From positions 1-31,887 of IMG/VR virus record IMGVR_UViG_3300044448_005232: a DNA stretch of 31,887 nucleotides; one strand, written 5' to 3'. Positions 27,497 to 31,887 of this stretch are shown here, one piece after another. The notes beneath the pieces are model-generated. The model was not told where the DNA came from and ran no database searches. It worked only from the letters and a program-made list of their open reading frames with translations. Position numbers and translations under genes: made by a program. Positions within the stretch are counted from its first letter, which is position 1, and each line of letters starts with the position of its first letter. This stretch comes from a virus (Duplodnaviria > Caudoviricetes).

Positions 27497-27561
27497 GGGG
27501 TCAGTGAGTTTTTTCCAGCGAGCTTTTTTTCCTGTGCTCGTGAGCTTTGCTTGCTGGCCCC
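27497..27561 (+). ncRNA. Structured small RNA or 5' leader upstream of the initiator
   Basis: 13-bp outer stem GGGGTCAGTGAGT/GCTTGCTGGCCCC with four G.U pairs; inner hairpin CGAGC-TTTTTTTCCTGT-GCTCG; begins just after the promoter. Confidence 0.55.
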
Positions 27562-27576
27562 TCCAAACGGGAAACA

Positions 27577-28059
27577 ATGCAAATTAACATTAATGCAAAC
27601 AGTCTTAAAAAACTGGTGAGGCTAATGAGGCTTTTGGCTAATGAGCTTGAAAGCCTTTATGCTCAGAAGAAATCTGAATCGCCTACACCTATGGTTGTTA
27701 TATCTAAGAATGACTCAGATACTCATCTGGTTATTGATTACTACAAGATTACTCACCCCAGCAGAGGCAAGGGCCTTAACAATAAACATAAAGACTGGAG
27801 GCTAATTCGAAAAAGGTTAGATCAAGGATACTCTGTTAAAGACCTTAAACGCGCTATTGATGGCAACTTCAACATGAAGTTTTGGAAAGAAAAAAGACTT
27901 CATGGAATCCAGCATATCTTTGGAAAAGATGGAAACCTAGAAACCTTTATCAGTTTTGGAAAGAATAAAGATTATGAGAAAGATGGAAAAGCTGGATACA
28001 ATTCTGGGAGTACCGAATGGGGGAGTGATTTCGATGGATTCGGCGACGGGGATCAGTAA
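27577..28059 (+). CDS. Putative replication initiator / replisome organiser
   Basis: LIRKRLDQGYSVKDLKRAIDG resembles the conserved C-terminal domain of phage initiators; directly precedes a DnaC-like gene. Start at ATG 27577. Confidence 0.65.
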   Translation: MQININANSLKKLVRLMRLLANELESLYAQKKSESPTPMVVISKNDSDTHLVIDYYKITHPSRGKGLNNKHKDWRLIRKRLDQGYSVKDLKRAIDGNFNMKFWKEKRLHGIQHIFGKDGNLETFISFGKNKDYEKDGKAGYNSGSTEWGSDFDGFGDGDQ

Positions 28060-28696
28060 AAGAGTTTTAGACTTTGCAGAAAAAATCAAAGAAGAAGGAT
28101 GGGGCTGTGAAGATGATGTATACAGCATCAAGGAACGCAGCACTTCAGACCTTTCTACTTATGCGCTTAAGCAGGGTATGCCGCAGCGCATTATAGATAC
28201 AATTATTGGGGGGTGTTCTGATACTCCTGCAATGCAGGCAGTCAGCAAGTTTCTAGAGGCACCACGGGAGGGGTGGTGTCTCGTACTTGGTGGCCCCAAA
28301 GGATTGGGCAAGAGTACAGCTGCCGCCTACTATCTATGGAAAAAGATTCTAGACTCAGAAGGCGAGCCATCATCCAAGATGAGATGGTGGACTGCGGCCA
28401 GAGTCTCCAGGGTTAGCAGTTACAATCAAGAGCTTGAGAAGATGATGCAGATATCTGTGATGGTGATTGACGATCTGGGCGTTGAGTACATGGATAAGAA
28501 TGGCCACTTCAGCCACAGGCTAGATGAGCTTATTGACGACAGGTATTCCAACTACAAAAAGACCATCATCACTACCAACCTAAACAAAAAAGACTTCCAA
28601 GCTAGATATGGCAACAGGGTTACTGATAGGATTCGAGAGGGGTTCAAGCATGGTGGGGACTACTTGGAGTTCAATGGAAGATCTTTAAGGGCGTAG
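27974..28696 (+). CDS. DnaC/IstB-like AAA+ helicase loader
   Basis: GPKGLGKS Walker A, VMVIDDLGVE Walker B, LIDDRY, TIITTNL, YGNRVTDRI. Exact start uncertain. Confidence 0.88.
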   Translation: MRKMEKLDTILGVPNGGVISMDSATGISKRVLDFAEKIKEEGWGCEDDVYSIKERSTSDLSTYALKQGMPQRIIDTIIGGCSDTPAMQAVSKFLEAPREGWCLVLGGPKGLGKSTAAAYYLWKKILDSEGEPSSKMRWWTAARVSRVSSYNQELEKMMQISVMVIDDLGVEYMDKNGHFSHRLDELIDDRYSNYKKTIITTNLNKKDFQARYGNRVTDRIREGFKHGGDYLEFNGRSLRA

Positions 28697-28697
28697 A

Positions 28698-29066
28698 ATG
28701 GGAAAATATCAAAGGGAAAAGGGAGCTAGGTTTGAGCGGGAAATTGCCAATAAACTCAAAGAAGTTTTTGGACCAAGAACAACCAGAAGCTCAGGACAGT
28801 GTTTCTCAGGAGACACCAGAGCTGATGTTGATTGTCCCGAAATCTGGGTTGAGTGCAAAGTTGGCAAACGACCGAACATCAAAGCCGCTCTTGAACAGGC
28901 AGAGGCAGCAGAAGAAATTGCTGACACTGGCAAAACACCTGTGGCCATTTGCAAATGGGACAGACAAGAGCCCATAGCATCCATGCGACTAGACTATTTT
29001 ATAGAACTGCTAAAAATCGCTTACAAGGGGGAAAGCAATGATGGCAGGGGAAATACCTTGGTTTAA
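28698..29066 (+). CDS. Holliday-junction resolvase (Hjc-like PD-(D/E)xK)
   Basis: KGARFEREIA...ADVD...WVECK...ALEQA. Confidence 0.8.
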   Translation: MGKYQREKGARFEREIANKLKEVFGPRTTRSSGQCFSGDTRADVDCPEIWVECKVGKRPNIKAALEQAEAAEEIADTGKTPVAICKWDRQEPIASMRLDYFIELLKIAYKGESNDGRGNTLV

Positions 29067-29343
29067 GCAAAAACTGGTAGTGAGGGAGCATGACGCACCG
29101 TGTTCACCATCTAGTGAAATTAAAATCACACAATATGCAGATTCAATTGCTATGGCCAAAAAAAGATATCTAGAATCTGTTAGTGTTGAAAACATGATTG
29201 GCCTGCCGCAGTATAGCGGCCCTGATTCCCGGGGAAGATGGACCGTTAGCTGGCGAGAAAAACGGCAGGCTGGTTATGAAAACACAGCTAAGTTTGGCTG
29301 GTACAGTAAGAAGAAAAAGAATGAGACTGGGAAAAAAACATGA
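29038..29343 (+). CDS. Hypothetical protein
   Basis: 101 aa with a GGGGG RBS-like sequence upstream. Confidence 0.6.
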   Translation: MMAGEIPWFKQKLVVREHDAPCSPSSEIKITQYADSIAMAKKRYLESVSVENMIGLPQYSGPDSRGRWTVSWREKRQAGYENTAKFGWYSKKKKNETGKKT

Positions 29344-29551
29344 AGAAACACCAGGGCTTGCTTACAGCTTGGCCGTACAAGTAATTAAATTTAAAAATCA
29401 AAATGCATTTTCTGACCTGTTAAACATATCAAAACGAAGAGGCATGAAAAAAAACAATCTATTAATGGCTCTAAAATCTGTGAGTAACCGTATAAATATA
29501 GATTTTTCTGATGAAGACTTTAAGGCTTTGCTTCACAAGCCAAAAAAATAA
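29321..29551 (+). CDS. Hypothetical basic protein
   Basis: Start moved to ATG 29321 (MRLGKKHEETPG...); the upstream part of the tracked ORF overlaps the previous gene. Confidence 0.55.
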   Translation: MRLGKKHEETPGLAYSLAVQVIKFKNQNAFSDLLNISKRRGMKKNNLLMALKSVSNRINIDFSDEDFKALLHKPKK

Positions 29552-29554
29552 ATT

Positions 29555-29629
29555 TGCCCTGTCTCCGCGACGAACGGCACGCGCATGTCGACAGCTAACC
29601 CCCTGTTTTATTTATCAGGAGGCAGGGCA
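29555..29629 (+). ncRNA. Closed-stem RNA element 1
   Basis: TGCCCTGTCTCC/GGAGGCAGGGCA, a 12-bp stem with one G.U on the plus strand, enclosing about 51 nt and followed by TTTT. Confidence 0.5.
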
Positions 29630-29639
29630 TTTTCGAATT

Positions 29640-29708
29640 TGCTCCATCCCCACAACAACGTAAATGGTTATCAAATCCCTATGAGACTAATTACTCGGGG
29701 ATGGGGCA
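29640..29708 (+). ncRNA. Closed-stem RNA element 2
   Basis: TGCTCCATCCCC/GGGGATGGGGCA, a 12-bp stem with one G.U on the plus strand, enclosing about 45 nt and followed by TTT. Confidence 0.5.
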
Positions 29709-29780
29709 TTTAATTCTAACACTTAATTGAAACACTTTTACCCTGCTTAACCAGTTTAAGTGAGGGAGTTAGGCAGGGGT

Positions 29781-30287
29781 ATGTCATTGTTAAGAAGGTG
29801 CACATTTTGTGAGCACTACAATATACATGCTGTTTATTATCCTGAGCTCTATAATCTTCCGCTTTCAACTATCTGCGTAAAGCTTCAGTGGCCGCGCATG
29901 TACAAGCAGGATGAAGTTGAGTCTGATCCCTGGTGGGGATTTAAAAAAAACTGCAATTTTTATGAAAGAGCTGAAAGTTTACCAAACGATCTAGAAGAAC
30001 AATGTAATGAATGGGAGATTTTGTATGATCAATCAATCAATGCTGGACCTTCCAGGCCAGAACATCCTGACAAGAGCCAGCAAGCTTCGGAGAGTAATGA
30101 CCCAAAGCAACGACCTGGGCGATTCAATAATGAAGAAAGCTCAGAAAGCAAGAGGGCATTTGTTTCTCCTCACTATCGAACTGCAGAAGATTCCAGGAGC
30201 TATGTCGCTAGAAAAAAGAAAAACAGAGTATGTGATAGCGTGGAAACAGATCAGCTCTGCTTACCATGTAGCAAAACAGATACTTGA
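29781..30287 (+). CDS. Cys-containing hypothetical protein (possible metal binding)
   Basis: ATG 29781 after AGGGG; CTFC...C...C in the first 70 aa; the 3' half overlaps the next ORF. Confidence 0.5.
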   Translation: MSLLRRCTFCEHYNIHAVYYPELYNLPLSTICVKLQWPRMYKQDEVESDPWWGFKKNCNFYERAESLPNDLEEQCNEWEILYDQSINAGPSRPEHPDKSQQASESNDPKQRPGRFNNEESSESKRAFVSPHYRTAEDSRSYVARKKKNRVCDSVETDQLCLPCSKTDT

Positions 30288-30408
30288 AGGAGCTTACAAG
30301 AATGACTACAAAAAAAGAAAGAAGCTAGAAGAAAAGCTATGCTGGTCTGTAACTTATGCTCTAGATTGCGTTGAGAAAGTAGACATCAACGAGGCCAATT
30401 GTACTTAA
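30025..30408 (+). CDS. Hypothetical helical protein
   Basis: ATG 30025 after GGGAG; converges on the endolysin with a short overlap. Confidence 0.6.
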   Translation: MINQSMLDLPGQNILTRASKLRRVMTQSNDLGDSIMKKAQKARGHLFLLTIELQKIPGAMSLEKRKTEYVIAWKQISSAYHVAKQILEGAYKNDYKKRKKLEEKLCWSVTYALDCVEKVDINEANCT

Positions 30409-30805
30409 ACCACCTAGCAGAGTCAGATCCTTTTTCACCCCTAGTATCGAAGTGAACCCATCCAGAATAAAGGCCCAGTCCAAATGGAACCTTCCGGCGC
30501 CTCGCTTCATTCTCAATCTCTATATAAAGCCTAAGAATGTGTTCTCCATGGCGTTTAGATGCATCTGAGTAAGTTATATCAGAAGCATAGCAAACACCAT
30601 CACGAGGGAGATGCCAACTTTGAGAAGCACCGCCAACAGACTTGTTATGTGATTCACAGCGCAGACCACTAGAGATCCTTAATGGAACTCCCAATCTTTT
30701 ACGCACTGCATCAAGAATACTAACAAGTAGCTGGCTGGGGTTTGATTCTTTGCAGCATGCACAGGCAAATTCACTTGAATCAAAGTACTGGCCTACCTTG
30801 CCCAT
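30386..30805 (-). CDS. Endolysin, peptidase M15A-type Zn peptidase
   Basis: YFDSSEFACAC, LDAVRKRLGVPLRISSGLRCESHNKSVGGASQSWH, ASDI, WVHFDTRG. Confidence 0.88.
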   Translation of the reverse strand: MGKVGQYFDSSEFACACCKESNPSQLLVSILDAVRKRLGVPLRISSGLRCESHNKSVGGASQSWHLPRDGVCYASDITYSDASKRHGEHILRLYIEIENEARRRKVPFGLGLYSGWVHFDTRGEKGSDSARWFKYNWPR

Positions 30806-30909
30806 TACTTTTTCTTCTTCTTCTTTACCTTTGCTTTTTTAATCATAGGCTTTTTAGCTTTGGGTGGTCTTCCAACTTTGCTTCCGTATGTTCCTTTACC
30901 TTGCGGCAT
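30805..30909 (-). CDS. Tiny Lys-rich protein (34 aa, not in ORF track)
   Basis: RBS AAGGA; MPQGKGTYGSKVGRPPKAKKPMIKKAKVKKKKKK; TAATG coupling to the endolysin. Confidence 0.75.
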   Translation of the reverse strand: MPQGKGTYGSKVGRPPKAKKPMIKKAKVKKKKKK

Positions 30910-30931
30910 TTTAGTATCCTTGTTTTAAATG

Positions 30932-31174
30932 TTAACGCTTTTTACCCTTATGAAGGCCATGTTTTGCGTGCTGTTTTCCTGCTTTAGTTGCAGCTCTTTT
31001 TTTCTTATTGGCCGCTGCCAACTTCTTACGACCTGCTGCAGTGCTTTTAAGTTTCTTGATGGTTGCAGATGGCGCATACACTTCACCAGTTTCAGATGAT
31101 TTTTTTCCTGATGGAGTTCGCCATTTTTGCTTAGTCCACTTCTTTAAGCTTTTTTGTGATTTCTTAAGAGGCAT
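30932..31174 (-). CDS. Small very basic protein
   Basis: 80 aa, KSQKSLKKWTKQKWRT...GEVYAP; resembles a small-protein family recurrent in aquatic phages. Confidence 0.75.
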   Translation of the reverse strand: MPLKKSQKSLKKWTKQKWRTPSGKKSSETGEVYAPSATIKKLKSTAAGRKKLAAANKKKRAATKAGKQHAKHGLHKGKKR

Positions 31175-31176
31175 GG

Positions 31177-31302
31177 CTATTTCTTTTTCTTACGAGAAAC
31201 TTTCTTTTTCTTAGCTACACCTTCAAGTGTTTTGGCCTGAGCAGCATGTAGCTTTGAAGCTTTCCGTAATGCCTTTGCAACTTTCTTAACTTTCTTTTTC
31301 AT
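31177..31302 (-). CDS. Tiny Lys-rich protein (41 aa, not in ORF track)
   Basis: MKKKVKKVAKALRKASKLHAAQAKTLEGVAKKKKVSRKKKK; RBS GGAGG; TAATG coupling. Confidence 0.7.
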   Translation of the reverse strand: MKKKVKKVAKALRKASKLHAAQAKTLEGVAKKKKVSRKKKK

Positions 31303-31487
31303 TACTTATATCCTCCGCCAGCAGCTTTATATTGCTTAGCTAGCATTTGCGCTTTACGTGCTGACCACTGGCCGGGCTTGCCACCCTTGCTCCCCGATTT
31401 AATCTTACTAAATAAACGTTTTCGCATTGTAGGCTTAGTATAGTTTCCTGCTTTGTTGACAGTGCTCTTTTTTTTCTTTGCTGCCAT
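31302..31487 (-). CDS. Small very basic protein (DUF5872-like)
   Basis: NYTKPTMRKRLF...GSKGGKPGQWSARKAQMLAKQYKAAGGGY; start at ATG 31487 (TAATG). Confidence 0.75.
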   Translation of the reverse strand: MAAKKKKSTVNKAGNYTKPTMRKRLFSKIKSGSKGGKPGQWSARKAQMLAKQYKAAGGGYK

Positions 31488-31774
31488 TACCACTTTACCT
31501 TATGTGACCAGTATCGAGCACTAAGCTTACTTGGCTTTGCGTCTTGTGCATTGTGCCTGGCGTAGTAAGATTTTTTTCTAGCCTTATCTTTGGCTGACTT
31601 TGGATTTTTTCCTGCACCCGTTACACCTTGCTGGCCAAATCTAATTGTTTTAATTTTATCGCCTTGTTTGGCAACAACAACATGAGACTTGGTTTTATGG
31701 CTAGGAGTTCTTTTGGGCTTATTGTAACCGCTGACTCCCGCTCGAGCTAATCGAGGATCTTTTTTCTTTGGCAT
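31487..31774 (-). CDS. Small very basic protein
   Basis: 95 aa, KSHVVVAKQGDKIKTIRFGQQG...SYYARH...SARYWSHKVKW; resembles a recurrent aquatic phage family. Confidence 0.75.
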   Translation of the reverse strand: MPKKKDPRLARAGVSGYNKPKRTPSHKTKSHVVVAKQGDKIKTIRFGQQGVTGAGKNPKSAKDKARKKSYYARHNAQDAKPSKLSARYWSHKVKW

Positions 31775-31775
31775 T

Positions 31776-31887
31776 TTACCACCTCATTTTTAGACCTGCC
31801 GCTGCGGTCCAGTCTCCACTGTTTGCGAACTCTCCGCTGGCAAATGCGAAGATATCATGTCCAAGCTTAAGATCCACGTTAGCCATA
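31776..31887 (-). CDS. C-terminal end of a hypothetical protein (probably truncated by the window edge)
   Basis: Open frame ...MANVDLKLGHDIFAFASGEFANSGDWTAAAGLKMRW, with the stop immediately before the next ATG. Confidence 0.55.
   Translation of the reverse strand, partial: MANVDLKLGHDIFAFASGEFANSGDWTAAAGLKMRW

Overview
About 32 kb of a tailed dsDNA phage genome with podovirus-type architecture; no host-like genes are visible. The minus-strand late arm (20164 down to 1) encodes, in order: putative TerS, a GNAT acetyltransferase, TerL, portal, scaffold, major capsid, a small capsid-associated protein, head-tail adaptor, tail nozzle, four ejection-like proteins and the start of a tail fibre. 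A divergent non-coding region of about 1.3 kb (20240-21570) separates this arm from a plus-strand early/middle arm. That arm has small hypothetical genes, a Cas4-like exonuclease, a Sak4-like annealing ATPase, SSB, replication initiator, DnaC-like loader and a Holliday-junction resolvase. The right end holds minus-strand late genes: an M15 peptidase endolysin preceded by five tiny, very basic proteins. No polymerase, integrase, repressor, tRNA or CRISPR array was recognised. The most unusual signals are non-coding: (i) repeated minus-strand hairpins built from tandem sheared G.A pairs, GNA/GNA zippers and GNA triloops, a signature of folded single-stranded DNA, upstream of the early genes; (ii) a plus-strand structured RNA whose loop is complementary to an ACAGGA(A/G)AAA motif shared by early-gene ribosome-binding sites; (iii) two tandem closed-stem RNAs; (iv) a pseudoknot/kissing-loop candidate upstream of the terminase genes. 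All functional calls come from motifs and synteny read by eye; no database search was run.
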